Positions 1 to 8,735 of a stretch of DNA of 64,000 bases are shown here, piece by piece. Both the position numbers and the translations under genes were made by a program. Positions within the stretch are counted from its first letter, which is position 1; each line of letters starts with the position of its first letter. The DNA comes from Candidatus Bathyarchaeia archaeon. Its GTDB lineage: Archaea; Thermoproteota; Bathyarchaeia; Bathyarchaeales; DTEX01. The stretch is taken from assembly GCA_038882715.1 (NCBI GenBank), contig JAVZNR010000001.1:179668-243667 (forward strand). Direction: 5' to 3'. The notes under the pieces were generated by a model that searched no databases, was not told the origin of the DNA, and worked only from the letters and a program-made list of their open reading frames with translations.

Positions 1-1
1 T

Positions 2-229
2 CAGGTGAGAAGTGTTTTAACAGATTTTGATGCGCTTATAGAGCCGGTTGCCTCTAGAGTCCTAAGATACTGGTCAACTTCAATTATCGGCTTATTCAAA
101 ACAAGTAAAGCAAACGTGATTAGGGCAAGCATTGAAAAAGTTTATGGGGTTGAAAAGAAAATAACGATTTATCTGCTCTTGGATAGTTCAGGTATACGGG
201 AATATGGGAGAGCAATGTATATAGTTTAG
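2..229 (+). CDS. 3' end of a gene starting upstream of the window; product unknown
   Basis: The frame is open from the window edge to TAG at 227-229. No motif recognised. Confidence 0.3.
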   Translation, partial: QVRSVLTDFDALIEPVASRVLRYWSTSIIGLFKTSKANVIRASIEKVYGVEKKITIYLLLDSSGIREYGRAMYIV

Positions 230-241
230 CGGTGAAAAACA

Positions 242-757
242 ATGTTCCTTAACGAAATATTCAGCGCATTATACTATGTTTTTCCAGCGTACTGTGCGAA
301 CGCGTCACCGGTTATTTTCGGTGGCGGAAAACCCATCGATTACGGGAAAAAATTCGTTGATGGAAAACCAATATTTGGCCCAAATAAAACCTACAGGGGT
401 TTTATTTCCGGAGTATTAATCGGCACGCTTGTCGGATATATTCAGGAAACTGTTGCACCAACCTATGGTTTGCCGGCAGGTAATGTTCTTCGAGGCTTTA
501 CCTTATCGCTGGGAGCGCTTATAGGTGACCTAATAGGTTCATTCGTGAAGAGAAGATTGAACCTTAAGCCCGGAGCCCCGTTTCCGGTGATCGACCAGGT
601 ATTTTTTGTCGTTTTTGCCCTACTGTTTTCACTAGCCGTTGAACCCAGCTCACTATCGTTTACAGGGGCTATTTTGATAATCTTTTTAACTATCCCGATC
701 CATATTTTAGTCAACGCTATAGCTTATCTGCTACGATTAAAGGACACACCATGGTGA
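242..757 (+). CDS. carS: CDP-archaeol synthase (CDP-2,3-bis-O-geranylgeranyl-sn-glycerol synthase)
   Basis: 171-aa polytopic membrane protein. The N-terminus PAYCANASPVIFGGGKPIDYGKKFVDGKPIFGPNKTYRG is typical of the CarS/DUF46 family. Confidence 0.8.
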   Translation: MFLNEIFSALYYVFPAYCANASPVIFGGGKPIDYGKKFVDGKPIFGPNKTYRGFISGVLIGTLVGYIQETVAPTYGLPAGNVLRGFTLSLGALIGDLIGSFVKRRLNLKPGAPFPVIDQVFFVVFALLFSLAVEPSSLSFTGAILIIFLTIPIHILVNAIAYLLRLKDTPW

Positions 758-820
758 CCATCCAAAATTTAATACATTTTATATTTGCCCCGAGAATAAG
801 AAAAACATTAGAGAAAAAAT

Positions 821-1726
821 ATGGGTCTCCCGATGTTTAACATAGCGAGGGCATCTCTTTGCACATGTCTCCCAAAATACAACATAAATCCATATCTAGG
901 TAAGTGCGCCCATAACTGCGTGTACTGTTATGCTATTAAATTTCCGAGCTTTACAGGTCCGGTGACGCCGAGACTTAACCTTAAAGAGGAAATTTCTAGA
1001 GTGGTTAAAAGAACAAAGATGCGTCTGCCAGTTATGCTCAGCGGTTCAACAGACCCATATCAGCCGCTCGAAAGAAATTACAGGGTAACTAGAAGGTGTA
1101 TAGAGGTCTTATCTGAGAACCATTTCCCCATACTAATAGTTACGAAATCAGATTTAGTTATCAGAGATATTGATCTTCTAAAGAAGACTTCTAGCGTTGT
1201 ATCTATGACCATTACCACACCCCGCAATGATGTTGCCAGCATTATAGAGCCAAACGCTCCCGGGCCAAATGCGCGTTTCAGCGCGCTTAAAAGAATTGTA
1301 GACGAGAATATACCGGCCGTGGTCAGAATAGATCCGATAATTCCATCGGTTAACTCCGACATCGATGATCTTGAGAAAATAGTTTCTAAGTCTTCTGAGA
1401 TAGGTGTTAAACAAATAACAGCCTCCACAATGAAGATGGTTAAGAACATGCTGCCAAATATTAGACGTGAAAATCCCAATCTTTCGAGAAGATTAATGGA
1501 TCTTTACAGAGATGGTGAATGGATTGGAGGCTATAAATATTTGAACAGAGATTTAAGGCGGAGCATACTCGTTAGATTAAAATCTATAGTTGAAGATTAC
1601 GGCTTAATGTTCGCGACATGTAGAGAAGGCTTTCCAGATCTTAATACGACAATATGCGATGGAACAGCGTATTGCCGCATCACGCTAAATGGTTTTCTCG
1701 CGGCTAAGAAACACCACGCTAACTAA
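821..1726 (+). CDS. Radical SAM protein (SplB-like / DNA photolyase-related COG1533 type)
   Basis: CxxxCxxC motif CAHNCVYCYA near the N-terminus. Length and layout match SplB-like radical SAM proteins. Confidence 0.65.
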   Translation: MGLPMFNIARASLCTCLPKYNINPYLGKCAHNCVYCYAIKFPSFTGPVTPRLNLKEEISRVVKRTKMRLPVMLSGSTDPYQPLERNYRVTRRCIEVLSENHFPILIVTKSDLVIRDIDLLKKTSSVVSMTITTPRNDVASIIEPNAPGPNARFSALKRIVDENIPAVVRIDPIIPSVNSDIDDLEKIVSKSSEIGVKQITASTMKMVKNMLPNIRRENPNLSRRLMDLYRDGEWIGGYKYLNRDLRRSILVRLKSIVEDYGLMFATCREGFPDLNTTICDGTAYCRITLNGFLAAKKHHAN

Positions 1727-1731
1727 TGATC

Positions 1732-3879
1732 TCACCTAAACATATCTCTAGGAAGCCCCTTCCTAATCCTTATGGATTCCACTATTTTAGGCATATGTTC
1801 TTCGGGGACTTTCCCCCAATGAGAGAACCTGCTTTGCCAAAAAGCTCTTCCAGAAGACGCCGACCTCAACTCATCCGCTAAACCTAGAGATTCAGCTATA
1901 GGCATAAGCCCGTCGACCACGAGGAGCGGCCCCCTCTGCGATATGTTTGAAATTTTACCGCGCCTTTTAGTTATCAAGTTTATGATGATGCCAACCTGCT
2001 CGGCTGGCGCAGATATTTGAACCGCGTATACTGGTTCAAGTAGAACTGGACTAGCTGACATAAACGACTTGAAGATCGCCTTTCTCACCGTCGGGGTTAT
2101 CTGCGCATACCCCCTCGCCTCTTTTTCACGAGCAAGACAAGCGTCAACTAAGTTTACCCTTACGCCTCTCAGAGGCTCGCCACATAAAGGTCCATATTTA
2201 CACGCCCATTTAAAACCGCTTACAATGGCATTTAAATCCTCTTCAGAATAATCCTTTCCAGAAATGTCAACGAGAACGTTCTCGTTCTCTTCGACGTTAA
2301 GTATTCGTTCAATATTTTTAATGTTTTCTTTAAAGCCCGCTTCCTCATCGAGAGCTATTGATGAGTTTACGTCTAATGGCTCAACATTCACTGATATACT
2401 GTTAAGTTCATTGGGGCTTACAACCGTTACCACAGCGCCAACCTTTTCAACGCTCTCCCTATAAGATATCATAGGTTTAGAGACGATTATCTCTAGGTCA
2501 GGCATAATCTCTTTTATGGTTTTTATGGAAACGTCTAAGTGCAGTTCACCCACACCGCTGAGAAGATATTCACCCGTCTCTTCATTAATTGAAAGGGATA
2601 GATTAGGATCCTCAATTAAAAGAGATCTCAGAGCCTCCATTAGACGTGAAAGATTTCTGGGATCTTTCGGCTCAACAGACACCGTGACAACTGGTTCCGA
2701 GACATATTTAATTTCCTCAAACGGAACCGCGCTATCCTTATGTTCTACGTCAACTATGGTTTCACCCGCTCTAATCATCTTAAAGCCTGAGAGCGCCGCT
2801 ATGTTGCCGGAGTCGAGTCTGCCAGCATGCTCCCTGAATGCGCCCATGTAAATTGAAACGCGGTTGATTACGCACTCCTCACCAGCGTTCAAGAGGTAAA
2901 CCTTGTCACCTTCCTCCACACTACCTGAAAATATTCTTCCAGTAGCCACCAAACCTTCCGCGGGATCCCTCTTAACATTAACCACACATATGGTTGTTGG
3001 GCCGTAGGGGTCGCATTCGACCATCGCCCTACCTATTTCTGAATGGGGATCCCCTCTCCATATTTTCGGCACCCTGTATTTCTGCGCCTCGACGGGGCTC
3101 GGCAAGCTTCTTACAATAGCTTCCAGAACAGCTTTATGAAGTGGAATGGTCTCTTGAAGGCCCTGCCACTCATCACTATTATATGCTTCAATTAGGTCGT
3201 TAAATTTTATGTTCTTTCTTTTAGCGGACTCCGCCGTCAGCCCCCATTTATGCAGTGCTGAGCCGAATATAACGTTTTCCTTAGACGTGTCAACCTTCCA
3301 CTCATCCTTGAAACGCTGCTCACAATACATATCTATCAGGTTGTTGAAGTCTCGAATTATGCGCGCTATTTTAGTGTAAATTTCCCTTGCCGTTAACCTC
3401 AGCTCAGTAATTAATCTGTCAACCTTATTTATTAGGAGGATGGGTTTGACGCGTTCATTTAACATTTGTCTTGTGACCACTTCTGTTTGCGCCATGATCT
3501 CTTCAACAGCGTCAACCAGAACTATCGCGCCATCAATTATTCTTAAGGCTCGTGTAACCCTGCCTGTAAAGTCAACATGCCCCGGTGTATCAATGAGATT
3601 CACAACGTATTTTTCGCCATTCACCTTATGTAGTAGCGATATGTTGCCAGCCTTTATCGTTATTCCTCTTCTCCGCTCCTCCTCAAGATAATCCAGCATC
3701 AGTATTTCGCCAGCTAGACTGTAGGGTATCAACCCGGCCTCCGCGAGCAGTAAATCCGTTAATGTTGTTTTTCCATGATCTATATGGGCCACTACGCCAA
3801 CATTACGGATACGTTCTTTTCTTCTCATAACCGCTAATATCTCTTCCACTTGAGCGGTCTTCGGCATGCGCTTTCTCAC
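1732..3879 (-). CDS. Elongation factor 2 (aEF-2) family GTPase with a divergent domain IV tip (probable EF-2 paralog)
   Basis: G motifs AHIDHGKTT, DTPGHVDF and NKVDR are present. The 715-aa protein aligns with aEF-2 over its full length. The diphthamide loop reads LAREKEARG instead of H-x-D-x-x-H-R-G. Confidence 0.85.
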   Translation of the reverse strand: MRKRMPKTAQVEEILAVMRRKERIRNVGVVAHIDHGKTTLTDLLLAEAGLIPYSLAGEILMLDYLEEERRRGITIKAGNISLLHKVNGEKYVVNLIDTPGHVDFTGRVTRALRIIDGAIVLVDAVEEIMAQTEVVTRQMLNERVKPILLINKVDRLITELRLTAREIYTKIARIIRDFNNLIDMYCEQRFKDEWKVDTSKENVIFGSALHKWGLTAESAKRKNIKFNDLIEAYNSDEWQGLQETIPLHKAVLEAIVRSLPSPVEAQKYRVPKIWRGDPHSEIGRAMVECDPYGPTTICVVNVKRDPAEGLVATGRIFSGSVEEGDKVYLLNAGEECVINRVSIYMGAFREHAGRLDSGNIAALSGFKMIRAGETIVDVEHKDSAVPFEEIKYVSEPVVTVSVEPKDPRNLSRLMEALRSLLIEDPNLSLSINEETGEYLLSGVGELHLDVSIKTIKEIMPDLEIIVSKPMISYRESVEKVGAVVTVVSPNELNSISVNVEPLDVNSSIALDEEAGFKENIKNIERILNVEENENVLVDISGKDYSEEDLNAIVSGFKWACKYGPLCGEPLRGVRVNLVDACLAREKEARGYAQITPTVRKAIFKSFMSASPVLLEPVYAVQISAPAEQVGIIINLITKRRGKISNISQRGPLLVVDGLMPIAESLGLADELRSASSGRAFWQSRFSHWGKVPEEHMPKIVESIRIRKGLPRDMFR

Positions 3880-3973
3880 TCAACAATCTAGTGTTCTCTA
3901 ATTTTAGGCTTAATAGTCTCTTTAGAATTAATTTTAACTAAAAATAATTTTTCCGTATCACGGCATAAATGCG

Positions 3974-4051
3974 CTATTTATACCTCTCGCGCCTCTTTTT
4001 CCTCTTCCTTTTTTCACGACGCATTCTCTTCTTCTTCCACTTAGCCCGCAT
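3974..4051 (-). CDS. rpl41e: Ribosomal protein eL41 (L41e), 25 aa
   Basis: Hand translation of the minus strand gives MRAKWKKKRMRREKRKRKKRRERYK followed by a stop. This closely matches the eL41 pattern MRAKWRKKRMRRLKRKRRK. It is too short for the ORF track. Confidence 0.75.
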   Translation of the reverse strand: MRAKWKKKRMRREKRKRKKRRERYK

Positions 4052-4241
4052 CGCCCCATCCTCTTTTAAATGAATCAATGTTAAATTTGCTTGTGAGCCT
4101 CATATCGAGGCTTCAGGGACTCTAGAAAGGTCTTTCCACTTAACTTATTAATTTTTCGGGTTTAACAATCATTATGAGCGCTACGCTTATAAAACTGAAG
4201 GCTCTTAGTAGTGAAAACCGGGGATTCGAGGAAAACTAGGG

Positions 4242-5135
4242 ATGAAAAGCCGTTTACTCTGCATACCTTGCACTTTAAGGGCAGCGTACGATATCGCCAC
4301 CAAGGCGACCGACGATGAGGAGATGCATAAAAAGGTTCTATATGAAACTTTAAAGTGGCTAAATAGTAATGGTGATCTATTAAATGTTACTCCCACGGTA
4401 TTGCATACACACGTGTTTAGGCTAGTTCAGAAGATAACTGGAAACAACGATCCCTTCGCGAAACTAAAGAGGGAATCAAATAGAATCGCTATGCGTTTAA
4501 TACCGTTCCTGGAGAGCGAAATCGAGAAAAAGTCTTTTAACGATGCTTTTAAACTGTCGATGTTGGGAGCAATATGTGGAAACTCTATAGACTTTGAGGT
4601 TGAAGGACATCAAGTTTTTGTTGAGGGGCTTGAAAAGTCTTTGATGAATTGCTTGGGAGGTGGGTTAGCGCTGGATGATACACATAAGCTCATTGGAGCC
4701 CTCTCGAAATCCCATACAGTTCTCTATCTGCTTGATAACGCTGGCGAAATAGTCTTTGATAAACTGTTCATCGGCACCATCATTAAAAGATTCTCGGTTA
4801 AAGTCTTTGCTGCCGTAAAGTCTGGGCCCATAATGAACGATGCGACGATGGAAGACGCATTACAGATAGGGCTAAACGAAGTTGCAGAGGTTGTTACAAC
4901 TGGCAGTACTTCGATAGGGCTAAACCTAGAAGAATGCTCAGAAGACTTTATTAGACTCTTGAAGGAAGCCGACGTTATAATCGCTAAGGGTCAAGGCTAT
5001 TATGAAAGTTTAACTGAGATTGAACATGCTTTCTTAAAGCCAATCGCATATATGCTTAGGGCTAAATGTTCGGCTGTCGCTAAATCCTTCAACGTACCCC
5101 AAGGTGCGAATGTTGTTAAGGTCATAAATTACTAA
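4242..5135 (+). CDS. DUF89 / ARMT1-like metal-dependent (damage-control) phosphatase
   Basis: N-terminal CIPCTLR, DNAGEIVFD and KGQGYYE motifs are characteristic of DUF89. Confidence 0.75.
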   Translation: MKSRLLCIPCTLRAAYDIATKATDDEEMHKKVLYETLKWLNSNGDLLNVTPTVLHTHVFRLVQKITGNNDPFAKLKRESNRIAMRLIPFLESEIEKKSFNDAFKLSMLGAICGNSIDFEVEGHQVFVEGLEKSLMNCLGGGLALDDTHKLIGALSKSHTVLYLLDNAGEIVFDKLFIGTIIKRFSVKVFAAVKSGPIMNDATMEDALQIGLNEVAEVVTTGSTSIGLNLEECSEDFIRLLKEADVIIAKGQGYYESLTEIEHAFLKPIAYMLRAKCSAVAKSFNVPQGANVVKVINY

Positions 5136-5156
5136 GCGATCATACCTGGGAAGTTT

Positions 5157-5837
5157 ATGAGGCTAGGTGCGCTCTTTTCTGGTGGAAAGGATTCGTGTTT
5201 AGCAATCTATAAGGCTCTTAAATTCCACGAGGTTCGCTGCTTAGTAAGCTTGATTCCGAAGAGCGAAGAGAGCCGCCTATTCCATTATCCCAATGTTTGG
5301 GTGACCAAGTATCAGGCGGAGGCCATGGGGCTGCCAATAATTCAGGTAGAAACTGGCGATAGCGAGGCTGAGGGGATCCTCAGTCTACGTAAAGCCTTGA
5401 GCTTAGCTATTAAAACGTTTAGGATTGAGGGGGTTGTCACTGGGGCAATAAGATCCATGTATCAGGCAAGCAGATTCCAGAAGGCGTGCGCTGAGCTTGG
5501 GCTTTGGTGCTTTAACCCATTATGGCTTATGGATCAAAATGAATTATTGAATGAGATTATAGGGCAAGGATTCCATGTCATAATTTCAGGAATATTTGCT
5601 TACCCCCTCGACGAAAGCTTTCTTGGAAAAACCATAGACCATGAGGTTGTAAGGAAAATTATGGCTCTACAAGAGAAATATGGTGTGAGCGCCGCTGGCG
5701 AAGGCGGTGAAATAGAGACAACTGTTTTAGATGCGCCGTTTTTCAGGAAGAGAATTGAAGTGGTGGATTATGAGATACAGTACAGGGATTATTCTGGAAT
5801 ATTCAGAATAAAAGGTTTGAGGTTAATTGATAAATGA
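5157..5837 (+). CDS. MJ0570-family PP-loop ATPase (diphthine-ammonia ligase, Dph6-like)
   Basis: SGGKDS PP-loop at the N-terminus and an EGGEIETTVLDAPFF motif. Length is about 226 aa, like archaeal Dph6. Confidence 0.8.
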   Translation: MRLGALFSGGKDSCLAIYKALKFHEVRCLVSLIPKSEESRLFHYPNVWVTKYQAEAMGLPIIQVETGDSEAEGILSLRKALSLAIKTFRIEGVVTGAIRSMYQASRFQKACAELGLWCFNPLWLMDQNELLNEIIGQGFHVIISGIFAYPLDESFLGKTIDHEVVRKIMALQEKYGVSAAGEGGEIETTVLDAPFFRKRIEVVDYEIQYRDYSGIFRIKGLRLIDK

Positions 5838-6379
5838 GGATGCTGCTGGTGAGCTTGTGCCATGATAGTTTAAGCGAACTAGAATTCGTTAAGCCAGTAT
5901 CACGGATCTTAAGCAAGCAGGGCGTCAACACATCCATAAAACATTATATGGAAATCAGCCTAGAAGACATCTCCCCGGTAGAAAAAGTCATTGTTTGTGG
6001 ATCAGCCTTAAAGGACGAAGAATTCTTGAGAAGTGAACGATTTAAATGGTTAGAAAAATGTGATAAGCCAGTTTTATGTGTGGGTTTAGGTTTTCAGGCT
6101 CTCGCAAAAGCCTTTGGCTGCAACCTCTTTAATAGGACAAAGATTGGAGTATTTAACGTGAAACTAGTTAGGGGTAACGTGCTAATAGGTGAAAAAAGGT
6201 TTCACGCATTTTTTCTAACGAGGAAAGCCGCAAGTATATCAAGGCCCCTAGAAACACTAGCTAAAACAGGAACTTTAGACTGTATGATCAAACATGATTC
6301 AAAAGATATTTACGGCTGTCTCTTTCACCCAGAAGTTACAAGGCCTGAAATAATTTTGAATTTTGCTTTGAGGATCTAG
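5834..6379 (+). CDS. Class I glutamine amidotransferase-like protein with a non-canonical nucleophile elbow
   Basis: GuaA-subunit-A-like size (181 aa) and a C-terminal FHPEV His-Glu motif. The elbow reads LCVGLGFQ instead of GxCxGxQ. The start overlaps the upstream stop (ATGA). Confidence 0.55.
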   Translation: MRMLLVSLCHDSLSELEFVKPVSRILSKQGVNTSIKHYMEISLEDISPVEKVIVCGSALKDEEFLRSERFKWLEKCDKPVLCVGLGFQALAKAFGCNLFNRTKIGVFNVKLVRGNVLIGEKRFHAFFLTRKAASISRPLETLAKTGTLDCMIKHDSKDIYGCLFHPEVTRPEIILNFALRI

Positions 6380-6380
6380 G

Positions 6381-7148
6381 CTAGTTAATCTTGAAGATTC
6401 TTTTAGCATTTTCAGTCGTCGCCTCAGCCACAATCTCTGCGCTAACACCTTTAAGCTCCGCGACAGCGTTCAACGCTTTAACTATGTGAGCTGGCTCCGA
6501 GATCTCCCCAGCATAAACGACTGGTGAGTCGGTTTCTAAGATTATGTTATCTAAAGGAGTTTTCATTATCACCCTTCTATGCTCTTTACTGTAGGTTGCT
6601 GCTGGTGTAGCGGAGACGCAGTACCCGTAGTCGAGAAGCCTTTTTAAGGCGCCATTAGGGCCGCTAAACCAATGGAAAACGGCCCTTTTCACCCCGGCTT
6701 CTATAACTATGTTAACGCAGTCATCCCAAGCGCCCCTACTATGAATTGAAACAGGCTTATCGATTCTCCTCGCCATATAGAGAATTCTCCTGAAGATTCT
6801 TCTTTGCAGTTCCCGCCTATCCTCGCTTCTTCTGGCATCTTTATCCCAGTAATCTAAGCCAACCTCGCCCAGAGCCACTACTTTATCGATATTATCTTCG
6901 ATGAATCTTATGGTCTCCTCAACCTTTGAGGGGTCAAGCCCCCATGGATGAAGCCCCAGCGCCGGGTAAATCCTTAATCCTTTAACCTCATATTTTCGGC
7001 TTTCACTCATCACCCAAATATTTGAATCATAGTCTGAACCCACAGCTATTATTGCAATGACGCCTGAATCAGCAGCCCTCCTAACGGCATTCTTAAGATC
7101 ATTAACACCTTCCAAATGTGCATGAGTATCTATTAGATCCATGCCCAC
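6381..7148 (-). CDS. tatD: TatD-family metal-dependent hydrolase
   Basis: IDTHAHL N-terminal motif, 255 aa, and a conserved His/Asp pattern (HSR, FHWFSG, ETDSP). Confidence 0.85.
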   Translation of the reverse strand: MGMDLIDTHAHLEGVNDLKNAVRRAADSGVIAIIAVGSDYDSNIWVMSESRKYEVKGLRIYPALGLHPWGLDPSKVEETIRFIEDNIDKVVALGEVGLDYWDKDARRSEDRRELQRRIFRRILYMARRIDKPVSIHSRGAWDDCVNIVIEAGVKRAVFHWFSGPNGALKRLLDYGYCVSATPAATYSKEHRRVIMKTPLDNIILETDSPVVYAGEISEPAHIVKALNAVAELKGVSAEIVAEATTENAKRIFKIN

Positions 7149-7280
7149 CGCACCTTAATATGGTGCTATTTCTCAACCAAAAAGCCTCATCGCCATAATT
7201 AAACTTATAAAATTTAGGGACAATTGAACTATAATTACGCTATCTACTCGCAGCACCCTAAAAAGGTTGAAGCTTAAGGT

Positions 7281-8735
7281 TTACCTCCGCACCTCCCCGA
7301 TCAACTTCCCGCGGCTATCGTATATCTCTATGAGCAGCGGCATTTGGCCAACCGCGAAGTGCGTTGCACATGCAAGACACGGATCATACGCCCTAAAAGC
7401 CATCTCCACCATGTTAAGCAAACTCTGATCAACTTTTCCACCGTGTATTAAACCTTTTGCAGCGTTACGTATCGATATGTTTATTGAGGGGACATTATTT
7501 ACTGTGGCAACAATCAAGTTAACATCCTTAACCAACGCATTTTTATCCAGCACATAATGGTGGATTAATGTGCCCCTCGCCGCCTCAACAACCCCAACGC
7601 CCTCCCCCGGCTCATCCGGCTTATTCCGAATGTTCCTGCTGGTTATTTCCGGATCCTTAATGAGCTCAGCGGCGCGCTCAGCCGCGTAAAGCAGCTCTAT
7701 GAGCCTAGCCCAGTGATAGGCTAGCGTAGAGTGCACTGGTTTTCCACCTAACGTCCTATACATGAGCCGATATTCTTCTTGGGCTAGTGGCGTCGCCATA
7801 CCTTCAGAGGCATTAAGTCTACCAAGGGGGCCAACACGATAAATCCCGCTTTCAGGACCGTCAATAAAGCCCTTCCATCCAACCTTTCTCAAGTATGGAA
7901 GCTTAACGTACGTCCATTCCTCAACACGTTCAGCTATGTGATTCAAATAATCTTTCGCATCAAATTTTACGAATTCATTACCATAGGGGTCGACAACCCT
8001 TATCTTTCCATCGTAAAAGTTAACTTTATTGTTTTCGTCAACTAAACCCATATAGTAGGTGCGTAATGAGTAAACATCGCTCCTGACCAAGTCTATGTAC
8101 TCAGTGTTCTCTAAAACTATCTTATGGAAAAGATCCAGCGAAAACTTAGCGAACTCAATGGATGAGGAAACCATCTTCTCAATTTCCCGTCTATCTTCTT
8201 CGCTTAATGGTTTAGACAAGCCGCCCGGCAATCCGGAAACTGGATGCGTAGCTTTGCCACCTATAATCTCCACAATTCTCTGTCCGTAAGCTCTATGCCT
8301 TATAATCTCCCTGCCAATATCTAAACCTAGGCTTTCGATCACGCCCAGAATGTTACGTTTTTCTGGCGGAGCTTTCGGGCCGACTATAAAGTCCGGACCG
8401 CCAAGATAGTAAAAGTGCAGTATGTGATCGTAGATTATGTAGCCGCAGTACATGAGCTCTCTAAGCTTTTTAGCCGGCTCGGGCGGCTCAACATGAAACG
8501 CCGCGTCTAGAGCTTTTGTCCCAGCCATATGATGCGCTACCGGGCAGACGCCGCAAATCCTGCTCGTCAACACAGGCATATCTTCAGCTTTTCTCCCAAC
8601 ACAGAACCTTTCGAAGCCGCGGAGCTCAGGAACCTGCATGTAAGCGTTTTCCACATCGCCCTCCTCGTTCAGAAAAATAGTTATTTTGCCATGGCCCTCA
8701 AGTCTCGTGATCGGATCTATAATTATCTTTTTCAT
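7281..8735 (-). CDS. mvhA: [NiFe] hydrogenase large subunit, MvhA-like (F420-non-reducing, group 3 type)
   Basis: RLEGHGKI and RICGVCPVAH (N-terminal Ni-binding CxxC). The C-terminal DPCLACATH is followed by a cleavable extension. Confidence 0.9.
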   Translation of the reverse strand: MKKIIIDPITRLEGHGKITIFLNEEGDVENAYMQVPELRGFERFCVGRKAEDMPVLTSRICGVCPVAHHMAGTKALDAAFHVEPPEPAKKLRELMYCGYIIYDHILHFYYLGGPDFIVGPKAPPEKRNILGVIESLGLDIGREIIRHRAYGQRIVEIIGGKATHPVSGLPGGLSKPLSEEDRREIEKMVSSSIEFAKFSLDLFHKIVLENTEYIDLVRSDVYSLRTYYMGLVDENNKVNFYDGKIRVVDPYGNEFVKFDAKDYLNHIAERVEEWTYVKLPYLRKVGWKGFIDGPESGIYRVGPLGRLNASEGMATPLAQEEYRLMYRTLGGKPVHSTLAYHWARLIELLYAAERAAELIKDPEITSRNIRNKPDEPGEGVGVVEAARGTLIHHYVLDKNALVKDVNLIVATVNNVPSINISIRNAAKGLIHGGKVDQSLLNMVEMAFRAYDPCLACATHFAVGQMPLLIEIYDSRGKLIGEVRR

